A DNA stretch of 64,000 bases. Source: Podarcis muralis (lineage: Eukaryota). The number at the start of each line of letters is the position of its first letter. Position 1 is the stretch's first letter. The notes beneath the pieces are model-generated. The model had not been told where the DNA came from and did no database searches. It saw only the letters and a program-made list of their open reading frames with translations. Below are positions 12,701 through 25,837 of the stretch, in pieces. The stretch spans positions 29,450,001 through 29,514,000 of the forward strand of contig NC_135662.1 in the NCBI RefSeq assembly GCF_964188315.1, written 5' to 3'. The translations under genes were made by a program, and so were the position numbers.

Positions 12701-15700
12701 TTGACAGTGTGTTTTCCACTTACATGTTTTCATGCACCTTTTTCATCGCTTGGGCTGCATAGCCCATGTTCTTGAACACTTCCGTGTTAGTGTAGGAATT
12801 TTCGAGGGCTTCGCGTTGGAATTCAATGGTGGAAAGGGTCCCATCAATTTGGGTCAACTGTTTCTCGTATCTCTTTTTCCTCTTCAATGCCTGCAGTGCA
12901 GCTGTTGGTGTAACAAGGAGAGGTTAGCAGGAGAGCTTTTCGTGATGCAGCTGCGGGGAACCTGTGGTCCTCCAGAGGCAGCTGGACTGCAACTCCCAGC
13001 ATACCCTGACCACTAGCTGGGACTGATGGGAGCTGGAGTCCAGCAATGTGTGGGAGGCCACAGGTTCCCCACCCCTGTCCTAATGCAGTGCAAATGGTGC
13101 TGCTTCACACCAAATAAGGCAGAGTAGCAGGTAAAAATAAAGAAAGGAAGAGGGCTTAGGAATCCATCAGGCCACACACACAAAAAAGCCCAGGGTCCCT
13201 CCATAGCTTTCAAGAGGCAACACAATCTATATGAGGAAAATGAGGCAACAACATTCTAAGGGATAAAATATTGTCAAGATAAAAGCAAGATGTTGATATT
13301 TCAGAGATAAGATACAAAAAGCACACACTTAGGATACTTTCTCCTCTACTGCAGAGGCACATTCCAGAGAAAGAAACAACTAATTCCACAATACCAGTAG
13401 GGCTTTCTGGCATTCACATCTCGAAATCTGACTCAATAGAAATTGGTTACAAAGCAAAGGAGGAGGGGGGCAGAAATAAATGGTGTTCAGTTGGGAAAAG
13501 TGGGAAAATCCCCTTGGATGAATGCAAGACTTACTTGTGAATTGTGGCTATTTGTTTTGTTTTCTGCTTTGTGAGTGTTTCCGCCCCAAAGCTTTACTTA
13601 AATCAGGTATTAGGGTCTCTACAAAAGGGCACAATTTAAGGATTCCAGAGATCATGCAGTTCCTTCCACTGTATTTCTTAGAAAAGGTCCCCTGCCCTAA
13701 ATGGCCCATCCTTTTATGAAGGATGCAACGGCCACATCAAAACACAAGCAGAGTGGTAGGAATTGGTTCATCAGCTTTGGCAAAGCTAGGTATCAGTAGC
13801 CCTATTAAGTCATTGTATGAACACTAGGACGGTGTGCCCGGAATCTGCTTTAACCAGAATCTGCCACAGATGCTGCTAATTCTGTATTTCTAGCATTGCT
13901 TCCAGAATGGAACTTCCCAGGACAAATCCATGGAAGTGTGATCAAAATAATTCCAGGGAATAAAACTAATTAGAAAATCTTTAAAATTGGTCCCAGCCCT
14001 GCTGCCCCCAATTTATTATCTGCAAAATTACACATTTGGAAAATCAGCAGGGAGACTGAAAGAGGCTACAGCCTAAAAAAAAAAAAAAAACTGGTGGGGG
14101 AGAGGGAGCAAATATTTTAGACTGCTTTTTTTATTTAAAAATGTCTAGGGGTACTCTCATTTTGACTCAAGAAAATCACCATTTTATAGTTCAAATTGGG
14201 AAAAATAAACACAGTAAATGGACAAAAGTACAAAGATTCACAAAATGTTTAGGGGTCTGAGTATCCCCAGAAAAAAAGGCACTGATTTTAGAACACCCTG
14301 CATCTCCACTGATCTGTTCTCTGAAACAAAGTGAAACTCTGAGCAGTATTGTACTTTGAACTCAGGAAACTGGGAGTGTCTCACAGAATAAAACAGCTCT
14401 GCTACTGTATTTGTGAAGGAGGCTGGTGAGGAAAAAGATCAGCCTTAATTCATTTCCTTAATGGGATCTAATGACAATGAAATGCTTAGAGATTTCACTG
14501 GAATGTGAAGTCAGTGGTGGGGGAGAAAAATAACTGCTGCATTCAACCCAAACGAAGTTGTTGAGCAGCAGGTGTGCATAAACAGAACTGGGATTTCTTT
14601 GGTTCATTGTGGCCAAAATAAGAGGATTCCATGCTTCAAGAACGACCCAGTTCAACCAGTCCAACAACTGCAGCATGGAATGAGTTCATGCCAGGAAACT
14701 CCATAAGAATCTGAACAGCTAGTGCCTTTATAATACGGATTTTTAGGAAGACAGAATCCATTCCCTTTAGCTTTATCATATGTACAGTCATTTTTACAAA
14801 TGGGTAAAGGTAAAGGTAAAGGGACCCCTGACCATTAGGTCCAGTCGTGGCCAACTCTGGGGTTGCGGCACTCATCTTGCTTTATTGGCCGAGGGAGCCG
14901 GCGTACAGCTTCCGGGTCATGTGGCCAGCATGACTAAGCCGTATCTGGCAAACCAGAGCAGCGCACAGAAACGCTGTTTACCTTCCCACCGGAGTGGTAC
15001 CTATTTATCTACTTGCACTTTGACGTGCTTTCGAACTGCTAGGTTGGCAGGAGCAGGGACCGAGCAACGGGACCTCACCCCGTCGCGGGGATTTGAACTG
15101 CCGACCTTCTGATCAGCAAGTCCTAGACTCTGTGGTTTAACCCACAGCGCCACCCGCGTCCCCCTACAAATGGGTAGATTTATCCAAATAAAAACATATA
15201 GTCATAGATATATGTCTTTGGATCATATGAATCTCCTTAAGCCAGTGGGGAACCTGTGGCCCTCCAGACTACAACTCTCATCATTCTTGACCAACAGCCA
15301 TGCCAGCTGAGCCTGATAGCAGCTGGAGTCCAACAAGGACTGGACAGCTATAGGTTCCTCATTCCTGCCTCCACAGGCATTTTAAAAACTCATGAAATTC
15401 GAAATCCAAAGCATCCTAAAACAGAGGCCTCTCCCTTCAGCTTGACCCTGAATTGTATACAGATAAATATACGAAACCATTATGCTGTTATACCAAAAAA
15501 ATTCTTCTCAGCCTTCTGAAGACTGTATGGCCCCATCCAGTCAGAAATCTAGACAGTTTCAGAATATATATGCAATATATAATGTAATTCCCCAAAATAA
15601 TAATAAAAAATACATTATATTGTATTTATAACTGGTTGTCAGAATGCCCCAGGTGAATTAAAGGAAAATAAAAAGTAGACATAGGACGGCCAATTGCAGA

Positions 15701-18700
15701 GGTGTGAAAGACTGACCGACACTCTGGAAAGTCAGGGTCCGAGCCTCTGTCTGTCTGCTTCACAACAGTGGATAAGACAGGCTCAAGAATCTGGCTTATC
15801 AGTACAACCATTTATTTATTAATTGGCAAATGCACATTTGTTGTTTACTGTACAGAAAATATAACCTAACCTGATGGTTTCACAATATTGGAGAGTAACT
15901 TACTTCACAGACAAGATATTCTGAAAGACCGGAAAAAGAAGGTTCCCACTCCAAAGATTTCAGAAACAGAAGAAAGCCAGAGAAGAAACAGAGAGTAATC
16001 TGAGGAAATAAACATAACATCACAGGTCGCAAGACTATATAGATTTATCTTTAGTTATTTATTTTTTACTTTAAGAGTGCTGCGATTTTAAAGAGTGACA
16101 ATTTCAAAATTGCAGTAGTAAGAGAAATATCAAGGGTGGAGTTTGATATTGGATACTTCTCTAATTACAGAAGTATTCATTTGGTACAACAGTTGTATTC
16201 AAAAAATAAAATGAAAACTTCCTTTAGAGAAAAAAAAATACAGCAAGCATACAGTCTAGTAAGGCAGAGGCTACAGTTGCATACACAAAACTGTACCCTT
16301 CAAACTAAAATGTAGAAGCAAATGGAAATGCAATGAATTCTCCACCAATCATTAAACCACAATTATTTCCACAAAACTCAATGGTCATGGCGTAACAACA
16401 GGCAGGATTCCAGAGAGTTCTGTTCCCCAGCAGCTATTTGTCAATTTTTTACTAGCTACAGCACACACACACACACACCAGAGGTTCCCCAATCTACTGG
16501 AGCAGGAATGAGGGGGTTTATTGGTGTGGAGAGGGTAAAGAACAAAAGCAACTACAGAAAGAAAAAGTTATTTCACATGAATAGGGCTCTACTCATGATT
16601 TGTTGGGATTTACTTTAATACATTTACAGTGGTACCTCTGGTTACGAACTTAATTCGTTCTGGAGGTCCATTCTTAACCTGAAACCGTTCTTAACCTGAG
16701 GTACCACTTTAGCTAATGGGGCCTCCCACTGCCGCCACACTGCCACCGCACAATTTCTGTTCCCATCCTGGGGCAAAGTTCTTAACCCGAGGTACTACTT
16801 CCGGGTTAGCGGAGTCTGTAACCCAAAGTGTTTGTAACCTGAGGTGTTTAAATTTCTATTAACACCCTTCTCATCTGATGATCACAGGTCCATTTACAAC
16901 ATAAAAACCACAGTAAAAAGATAGGAAAAAAGAGATTGTATAAATTTAAACTAAGTTTAATTTTTGTGAATCCAAAGAAGAGTATTAGTACATGATTGTT
17001 TTCATTTTTGTCAAATTAAGAGTGTGTATATTATGTATGTTATTTATGAATTTCAATAAAGTTATGTTAAAATAAAAAACAACATAAAAACACAAAAATA
17101 CATGACATAGTAACAAACAAAAACAATACCCCCTCCCACAAAATATCAACAGGCTTAAACCACATTCCCTTTCTTTCTTTCTTTCTTTCTTTCTTTCCAC
17201 CTGTTACTTAGAAAGAAAGAGTCTGTCAATTCAGTTTACACTTACATGTTGGCAAGGGCTACTTATGAGTGGAGGAAAAACTGATAACTTGGTGTTAGAG
17301 CATGTGCTTTGCATCTGGTTCAGTCTCCAGCATCTCCAAGCAGGCCAGGGAAAGACCCTTTGCCTGAAATCTTAGAGAGCAGCTGCCAGTCAGTGCAGAC
17401 AATACTGAGTTGGGTGGACTAAGTGTCTGACCCAATGTAAGGCAGCTTCCTATGTCTACTTCTGATACAGCCCATCTCATATGAGACAAAATGAAGCAAT
17501 GCTAGCATGTTCAGTATAAACTTAGGGGAGAAAGTTAACCAATGAAATGAGAAGGTTTCCACCCTCTATAAAGATAATATGTTTTTAAGCAAAGCTCACA
17601 GAGCTTCCTTTACCACAGTTCCAATGAACTCAATATTTACACTTAAAAGAAGTAGATCATACCATTTGACAAATATTTATCCTTAGGGCTCTTAACTCAT
17701 GTGTCAGGACTAGGAGGTGCCGACTTTGTACACCTCATGTGGACTGCCGCTGGATCAGTTCTGGAGTTGATTAATGGCTTAAAGACATTCATACTAAGGG
17801 AGAACTGATTATGGCTCCGAGTTGTGGCTTAAGGACAACTCTAAGGAACTAAGCCCTGTTTTCTCTTGGCATGAGATTAGAAATTCAGACAAAGTTTCCC
17901 AGCTGAAGTTATTACACAGGGTAACCTATTGTGTTACAAGAATAGCAGGAGCAGATCTGAGCCACTCCTGTTCTGAAGAAGGTGCTTTTTTCTTATAAAA
18001 CTCTCTGGAAGTTACAAAACAATTCTCTCAGTGGCTGAATCTGTCCATTATTGTTTCTCAGTTGTCCAGTCTTAAGTTCAATTCTTCACATTTCCACATC
18101 AGTTTGCATTTTTTTTTAAAAGGCCTCATGAAAATCCATCAATATTTTAGTACAATTTCCCCCCAATAAGCACATTTTTGTATGCATGTTTGCCTTTTTT
18201 ACACATTTTTGTAAAGTATTTTTGCTAATGTAATGGTATTTTCACGAATACAGTCATACCTTGGAAATAAAAAAGAATCCGTTCCAGAAGTCCGTTCGAC
18301 TTCCAAAACGTTCAACTTCCAAAAACGTGGCTCCTGATTGGCTACGGAAAGCTCCTGCAGCCAATCAGAAGCTGCGGAAGCCCCGTTGGATGTTTAGCTT
18401 CCAAAAGAATGTTCAAAAACTGGAACACTCACTTCCGGTTTTTGATCATTCGGGAGCCAAAACGTTCGACTCCTAAGGCGTTCAGGAGCTGAGGTACAAC
18501 TGTATACACTTTTTAGATAAACTTTCCCCTAATACGCACATTTACATGTGCATTACTTGTCTGGAGAAACTGCACTGCAAAATTCAGGAAAGTGTGAATT
18601 TTGAACGATGGTTGCCTTTGGTTTTGCACATTGTTTCAGAAAGTGTGGATTAGACAGGTTCACTCTTAAATGACAACCAATTTTAATTTCTGGTCCAGAG

Positions 18701-21700
18701 CAAGACAGGCAGTGGGCAGGGGAGTAAGGACTGCAGCAGGACTATGGTGCTGGAGTAACGGAGTCAAACTCTTCTCTTCATATCATTTTCCCAGCTAAAA
18801 TCTCACCCTTCCAAAGAAACAACAAAAAATCCAGGTACCCATTCGATACTTCAGTGTTTTGCCTGATGAAACAAATGAAGCAGCATTTTAATCAGGAAAC
18901 CAATCAAGAAGAAAGGCTTAATTCCCTTTTCCCCAGGACCATGATGGTCTCACTCTTAAGTCCCCCTCCCCACCAGTGGGCTGCTAATTTGACTTTTACA
19001 GACTACAGCAAATCCTGATGATGGATCTCCTGCTTCAAATCAAATGTGGTTCTTATGCACCAATGCATCAAATCTTGGGGAGAACCAATTGTGCATTTTA
19101 TAATAAGAAGTTCGTAAGCTATTGCCTCTTTTTATATTTTGTAGTTTGCAAATGAAGCTTACGAAGCGACTTCCTAGAAGACTGGAACAAAGCGGTATTT
19201 GGGATATTTATGGGTGCACGTCAGCCTCGCTATGGTGTTCTTAATAACATGTTGCTAGGCTTGTTCTACAGTAACATGAAACATTTGCATCATTGCCTGA
19301 CTCTTGCATTGCCCAACCTCAAGTAACAACAGTCAGGATGGCTAAGTCAAACACATGGAATGCGGATCACCATCATGAGACATGCAAAACACCACCAGCA
19401 GTACATACATTTTAATTATCTATTACCAGTCCCCCTAGGCTTGTTCTTTTAATCCCATGCTTCAACTTTACCAACAACTTGCTATGCATCTTCCAGACAA
19501 GAGTGTTGCTACATTTTCTGAGCAAATATCAACTATTAATATTTGGTGCAAGGAAAAATATATTGTTGGAAAATATGCCCATTGCTTTATGCAAATGCGA
19601 TTATTTTCTAATAACCTAAAGGACTTCAAATATCTAAAGGGCTGTCCCATGGAAGATGGAGCAAGCTTGTTTTCTCCTGCTCTGGAGGCTAGGATGGATT
19701 CAAGTAACAAGAAAGGAGATTCGAACTTAAACAACAGAAAGACCTTTCTGATAGTAAGAGATGTTTGGCAGTGGAATGGACTCCCATGAGAGGTGGTGGA
19801 CTCTCCTTCCTTGCCTTGGAGGTTGTTAAGCAGAGATTGGATGGCCATCTGTCATGGATGCTTTAGTTGAGGTTCCTGTATTGCATGAGGTTGGACTAGT
19901 TGACCTTCGGGATCCCATGCAACTCTACAATTCCATGATTCTATGATCTGGTTGTCATGGACATCTACCACATATAGGTTGATATAATTAGTGACAACAA
20001 TCCTTCTAAGCCTGTGCCACTCTATGAAAATTTATTTTTCTGGATTATTTATTTAGTAAATAGCCTTAAAAGGGTATCCAAGTTTGGGCTTTGTAGCCTC
20101 AAGAGGCTATTCAAGTGGCTTACAAAAGATTTACACAATGCAATTATATTCAAAGGGTGAGGACCACTTGTGCTGAATTGCTTGTGCAATTGATTTCTGC
20201 TTGTACAAAAATCCCCTTGAGCACTTGAGAAGCCTCTGCAGCAGGCTGAGGACAAGCAGGGACTGCAGAGGGAAGGAGGAATGGGAATGGGAATGGGGAG
20301 AGTGGGGTTGTGACAGTTTTGTTGTTGTTGTTCTTATGTATTTTGTGTTTTTACCTTATATTTTAATGTTGTTAACCGCCCTGAGGTCTATGGATGAAGA
20401 GCAGTAGACAAACAAACAAACACATGGAAACCACAATGTCCCCATGATTGCCACAATCCCTGAATCCAACAACAATCAAGACCCAGAGCTGGAGGCTGCA
20501 GAGGCATCAGCTAAGGACCCAGATCACATTCAGAGCTCTGAGATAACTGCTGGAGATCCAGGGAACCCTGTAATTGAGGGGGGCAGATAGAACTAGCAGG
20601 ACCAAACCCTGGACCCTCATGGGTGCCTTCCCAGAGGATCCAGATGCCTCCCATTACACCAGTCCAGTGACTAGCCCCGTGAAGAGCTTGTCTGAGGTCC
20701 AGGGCCAGAGTCTTGTTCTTGGCATGACAGCGTAAGTCCGGCGGGCCCCTGGCTGGGGCCCCCAAACAGCTTAGCCCTCCAAGGCAAGGGGCAAGTGTAC
20801 CCAGCTGCTCCACCACTCTGCACAAGCTTCCCAGAGACACAAGGAGGACATCAGTAGGGAGGCTAGGGAATAGAGGAGGAATGGCTGCCTCCAGGCCCAG
20901 GCCCTTTAAGCTCTCTGAAGTTCTCCATGAGACAGTGGAGCCTAGAGGAAGTAGTCTGTTTTTTAAGAGTTATTTATGGTTCTGCAACTTTTGAGAATAG
21001 GGAGGGAGAGGGTGGGTATGTGGAACCTAGCCTGTTGTGCAAAGGTAAAATTCACAGTCGCTGCTCTGCCCCACTTTTGCCTCTGGCCCTGTCCTCTGCT
21101 GACATTTGGCTCCCATAAAGGTTTCTCAGAAGGAAATGTGGTCCTAAGTTTCCCACCCCAGCCCTATAGCTAACATTTTAACTCAAAGGTTTTTTTATCT
21201 GCAATGTGTTCTTAAGCAGTTTCTCATCACAAAATTATTATCCCCATGTTCCTCTTTCTATTACACATGGAAGCATATTGCGGTTGTGGAAGCATCACGC
21301 AAAGCCTAATGGGCCAAGGTTTGATAGATTATGTGGAAAGCTGTAGAAAAACCAGTGTTTATATATTATTGAGTTCTGGAAGACGACTATGTCTGCATAA
21401 CTTTAAAGGCTGTTCCAACAACAAAACTGCAGGTGCCAACTTTGCCTTTGTTCCCTGGCTCCCTTTCTGTAAGTACAACAAAAGTTTTCTTATCTACAGC
21501 TCACACATCAGGGTAGATTTCCTTGACCCACTTCCTAGCTAAAAGCCTTTGTGAAATCTCTGCGTTTTTATATTCTTGTTTCACAAAACAACGGTACAGT
21601 CAAGCATTGCTTTGATATCAGTCTAAATTAAAGCACTCTTGGTCAAGATAAGGCAGCGTATAGGGCGATTGTTATTGTTACTTTTCTTTTACATAATCAA

Positions 21701-24700
21701 GAATAAATCTTAGGTTTTCAGTGTGACTTGTATGCTGTCTGAATCCATTCAACTGCCCTTGCCTTTCCTTTGCAATTATACCATGATCTACCAAGCATGC
21801 CCACAACATGGTCTTCAAACAATTCTATTGTCACCAGACTATTGCACCACCACAAGCTGCTCTCATTTCATTGATGTTGCAGTACTATACCCACTTACCC
21901 ATTGTACTTATAGTTTTGAGTAGGAGTGTATAGGATTGCTTTTGAATTATGGTGCTGGAGGAGACTCTTGAGAGTCCCATGGACTGCAGGAAGATCAAAC
22001 CTCTCCATTCTTAAGGAAATCAGCCCTGAGTGCTCTCTGGAAGGACAAATCGTGAAGCTGAGGCTCCAATACTTTGGCCACCTCATGAGAAGAGAAGACT
22101 CCCTGGAAAAGACCCTGATGCTGGGAAAGATGGAGGGCACAAGGAGAAGGGGACGACAGAGGACGAGATGGTTGGACAGTGTTCTCAAAGCTACCAGCAT
22201 GAGTTTGACCAAACTGCGGGAGGCAGTGGAAGACAGGAGTGCCTGGCATGCTCTGGTCCATGGGGTCACGAAGAGTTGGACACGACTAAACGACTAAACA
22301 ACAACGTATAGGATTGCATTGTAAGACTGTGGTCAAAAGAGATATTAGAGAATCAAGGCTTTCTGATAGAATTCACCAGCCACAAACATCTACAGGTTAA
22401 CAGTTTCACCCAGGTAACCATAACCAATGGAAGCACATAGCTTTTGTGGTTAGCTTGGAAGATCAGCCTATCTGTGCATTCGCTGACATGAGTGGCAGCT
22501 TTGCAACTGCCCTTCATCCTCATCCTCTCCCTCCCTCCTGCCACTGTTGACCTCTAACTCCATGTTGGGCAAAAGATTCCTGCATTGCAAGAGGTTGGAC
22601 TAGACAATCCTTGTGGTCTCTTCCAACTCTACAATTCTATGGTTCTATGACAACAAATGTTTGGATTGCCTCATGCCAGTTTCTGATGTAGCAATGCTTA
22701 TTCAGAAGTGAAACCCCGCAGAGTTCAATGAGGTTAACTCCAAAGAAACTACAGTATGTAGTGGCCTGCCCAAGTTCCCTTTATACTGAAGGTTGAAAGG
22801 GGAGCACTCTCACAAACCAGAAAGCCATTCTTCCAAAGTACTGTTATATAAATCTCAAACACACCTACATGACTTCATCCAGCTATTTTTATTGGCTAGC
22901 TAGGGTGGGTCTACGGATGCAGGCAAAAGAAACACTGAAATTACTGTGTACAGTTCTAATTCTAACTTATATTCTAGCCAAACAATGAAGACCAACAACA
23001 AATCTAAGAATATACTTCACTTCAGCACAGACCACACAATCATCTTCCGTTTATTTTTGTAACAGTTTATGCAGCAACTAAAAAAAAAAACCTAGTTGCG
23101 CAATACCGTACAATTACGGTAGATACAATAAAAAGTCACTAATATGCAATATTTCGTACATCTAGACCTACTCATAGTGTTGGAATATTTTAGAAACTTA
23201 AAACAATTATATATGATAGTCGCAAATGAGCTCTAGAGCCACTGCAATCTTAGCCTTCAGCCCATTTGTATAGGGTGATGTGCAATTCAAAGGATGTTTA
23301 CTCAGAAGGAAGTCCTGCTACATATAATGAAATTTACTCTCTGGCAAGTGTGTTCAGGATTACAGGACTAACAACCCAAAATCTAGAAGTGGTGTGGTCC
23401 CTTATAATACATATTGCAAGGTATCTTTTTTTATACAAAAGTATCTTCAAAACAATCTGCTTCTGCAGACCTTTGAAAACTAATTTTAATGATTGTTCTT
23501 GTTGTATATTTACTTATTAAACTAACAAAGATCAAAGTAACAAACTTTCTAGTAGGTATAAAGTTCACATTGTGATGCAGTGTGATTAGGAAATAAGAGG
23601 CTGTATACAAAGATAGTATCATATAGACACAGTTGGGGGGGTCATTATTGTGGAAATAGTTTCTCTATCTAGGAAATGGGTGTGAGAGCAGCCTAGGTAG
23701 AATTTCTAGGGAGCAAGCATCCTAGCTTGGCAACAGGAAAGGACATCACTTTCGTATAGGAAATAATGTATGTGTACATCCTGCACTCAGTTGTCACGTG
23801 GTATGATTGCAAAGAAGAATGGGAAGGAGCTTGTACTGGATACAATCACAGGGAGCAACAGCCAATTATGCCTTCTGAGTCAAAACCCAATGCACCATTT
23901 AGTTACTAAAATGCATACCCCACCTTTCAAGGCAAAACAACTCTCCAAGACAGCTTACAAAAACAAAATAAAACAAAGTTTAAATTGCAACATTCCAAAA
24001 ACCAAGTAATACGCAGCAGCAGTAGCATATATCAACATAAACAGAAAAATGTAAAAGGCAGATACAAGTGCGAAATTATTTAGCACATACTAATTTAGAG
24101 AGCTGTTTTGGACGGCAACTCCCATCGGATCTAGGCAGCATGGAAATGGTCAGGAATGACAGGACGTGTAGTCCAGAACTTCGAGAGGGAACCAGGTTGA
24201 GGAAGGTTCCTTTAAAGAAATGCAATACATTCCAGTAACCCAGCTGAAGCTGCCTCTGGTGCAATACACTTTATGACACAGCTGCCTTCTTCGGTCTCTC
24301 CACTCCACACACAACAGAATCGACAATTACATTCCTAAAGAGTGGGAAGCGAGAGAGCCGCAACAGCCAAAGCGACAATGTTTGGGGCGAAAGCGTTTGC
24401 ATTCTGCACGTGTTCAGAGGCACCGCTTCCTAAAAGCGCCTCCCCCACAAAGTTTGACCAACTTGACCCTGAAATCGTGCCTTTTAAGGCCTGCGCCGGT
24501 CCAAAGCTCACCTCGCTTGTCTCGGGTGCCGTGTTTCTTGGCCAGCGCCAGCTCCTTTTGGATCCTCGCCTCCAGATACTCCTGCTTCTTGGTCAGCATC
24601 TCCTCGGTCTCCCGCAGCCGGGCTAAAGCCTCCTGCGGGCTCGGGCCCCCTTTGCCTTTCCCCTTGGCGCCTCCTCCGCCCTTGAAAAACTTGTGGATCT

Positions 24701-24707
24701 TGCTCAT
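9704..24707 (-). CDS. CHMP4C: Charged multivesicular body protein 4C (ESCRT-III, Snf7 family), 218 aa
   Basis: Exons 24707-24512 (196 nt), 12901-12724 (178), 11508-11400 (109), 10279-10171 (109) and 9768-9704 (65). All introns are GT-AG and the frame is continuous (657 nt). Protein: MSKIHKFFKGGGG...PSPQEALARLRETEEMLTKKQEYLE...AALQALKRKKRYEKQLTQIDGTLSTIEFQREALEN...DDFDEDELLAELEELEQEEL...DEDDMQQLAAWAS. The 4C assignment rests on the sequence and the head-to-head position with ZFAND1. Confidence 0.96.
10698..10938. mobile_element. Tc1/mariner-type MITE in CHMP4C intron 3
   Basis: TA-CAGTGGTACC...TTCCACTG-TA, with a TA TSD. Confidence 0.8.
12948..13077. mobile_element. Palindromic hAT-type MITE just upstream of the CHMP4C exon 2 branch point
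   Basis: cag...ggggaacctgtgg and ccacaggttcccc...ctg inverted ends, with a decayed 8-bp TSD (tcgtgatg vs tcctaatg, 6/8 identical). Confidence 0.7.
14807..15164 (-). mobile_element. Sauria SINE, full length
   Basis: Reverse complement of the family at 6021, with 12-bp TSD TACAAATGGGTA (14795-14806 and 15165-15176). Confidence 0.92.
16627..16848. mobile_element. Tc1/mariner-type MITE, one end truncated
   Basis: TA-CAGTGGTACCTC start. The body is the reverse complement of the 4471 family. Confidence 0.7.
18251..18502. mobile_element. Tc1/mariner-type MITE nested in an older AT-rich repeat
   Basis: TA-CAGTCATACC...GGTACAACTG-TA. The flanks (about 18100-18680) resemble 8860-9060 and the reverse complement of 61560-61830. 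Confidence 0.75.
19615..19947 (+). mobile_element. CR1 LINE 3' fragment
   Basis: Decayed ORF2 C-terminus (FKYLKGC...LFS...WNGLP) plus the CR1 tail ggttggactag...caactctacaattccatgattctatgat. Shorter CR1 tails lie near 11070-11145, 11670-11735 (-) and 22575-22650. Confidence 0.8.
21940..22305 (+). mobile_element. RTE-BovB LINE 3' fragment, 5'-truncated
   Basis: Open frame FELWCWRRLLRVPWTAGRSNLSILKEISPECSLEGQIVKLRLQYFGHLMRR...RWLD, a (CAA)n tail, and 12-bp TSD GTATAGGATTGC (21928-21939 and 22306-22317). Confidence 0.93.
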
Positions 24708-25030
24708 CTTCGCCCCGCCGAGGACCAGCCGCCTTTGCCAGGGATACGATCGCGCCTCCTCGACGCCCCTAACTCCCCACCCGCGGAGCTCTTCCCTAGA
24801 AAACAAGCCCAGAGACGCGCCAGGAGGGGAAGGAAGTGGCTGCTGTTGCGGCGGCTCCCGAGGCCGACGGCCGAGCCACGTGACCCACACGTACCTGCGA
24901 CAGGTGTTGCCACCTGAGGAACGTGCGGCGCCCGCGGAGAGGCTCTTCTCAAACGGGAGCCCCAGCAGGAAGAACCAGCCAAACCGTGGGACAGCCGCTG
25001 CACTCTGCACATGCTCGCCAGCGCGCTCGT
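24350..25030 (-). promoter_or_regulatory. CpG island / promoter and exon 1 of CHMP4C
   Basis: GC- and CpG-rich block spanning the ATG, with an E-box GTCACGTGGC on the minus strand at 24875-24884. Confidence 0.75.
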
Positions 25031-25084
25031 TCTCATTCCTTCCCTACATTCCTGGGTTGAGCAGTGATTCGTTTGGGGCTTTAT

Positions 25085-25249
25085 CAGGTGTCAAAGATAT
25101 AAACTATCTGACGTTTAGAAGACATCTGATAGCAGCCTTGTTTAGGGAAGTTTTTAATGAATGATGTTTTTATGTATTTTTAATCTTTTGTTGGAAGCAG
25201 CCCAGAGTGGCTGGGGAAACCCAGCCAGATGGGCAGGGTATAAATAACA

Positions 25250-25250
<1 letters not shown>
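25085..25250 (+). mobile_element. L2 LINE 3' end
   Basis: Near-identical to 7636-7826 (YLTFRRHLIAALFREVFNE* plus the conserved tail). Confidence 0.8.
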
Positions 25251-25280
<30 letters not shown>

Positions 25281-25295
25281 CTTCTTCTTCTTCTT

Positions 25296-25325
<30 letters not shown>
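25251..25325. repeat. (CTT)25 / (GAA)25 trinucleotide repeat
   Basis: Perfect 75-bp run directly after the L2 tail. Confidence 0.97.
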
Positions 25326-25326
<1 letters not shown>

Positions 25327-25585
25327 GTGGTGGTACCTCTGGTTGCGAACGGGATCCGTTACGGAGGCCCATTCGCAACATGAAAAGAGCGCAACCTGAA
25401 GCGCCGTATGCGCAGGTGCGCGGCTTGATTTGGTAATTGTGCGAATGCGCGAAGCGCGATTTAGCACTTCTGCGCATTCGCGAGTGGCGAAACCCGGAAG
25501 TAACACTTTCCAGTACTTTCAGGTTGCGGCGGGACGTAACCTGAAAGAACGTAACATGAAGCGGATGTAACATGAGGTATGACTG
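25327..25585. mobile_element. Tc1/mariner-type MITE, CpG-rich
   Basis: GTGGTACCTCTGGTTGCG...GAGGTATGACTG-TA. Related to 52063-52310. Confidence 0.75.
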
Positions 25586-25659
25586 TATTATTATATCAGA
25601 GCCGGGTTGAAAACTTGGGAAACCTTAAGACCCTCGTGGTACCTAAATGCAAATAAGAC

Positions 25660-25693
<34 letters not shown>

Positions 25694-25694
<1 letters not shown>

Positions 25695-25837
25695 GCCTGG
25701 ATAGCTGGTTAGAGTGTGGGGCTGATAATGACAAGGTTGTAGGTTCAATCCCCATATGGGACAACTGCATATTCCTGCACTGCAAGGGGTTGGACTAGAT
25801 GATCCTCAGGGTTCCTCCCAACTCTATAATTCTATGA
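25694..25837 (+). mobile_element. tRNA-derived SINE with CR1-like tail (Squam-type)
   Basis: A-box-like tagctggttagag, B-box-like ggttcaatcc, then the CR1 tail ggggttggactagatgatcctcaggg...ctatgat. Confidence 0.75.

Noticed and set aside
24382-25164. 260-aa plus-strand ORF, and the 198-aa minus-strand ORF extending past CHMP4C exon 1
   Set aside because: By-product of the GC-rich island overlapping exon 1. The plus-strand ORF ends in an L2 tail and has no coherent protein features.
25154-25573. 139-aa ORF with a poly-arginine tract
   Set aside because: It is a translation of the (GAA)25 repeat and the adjacent MITE.
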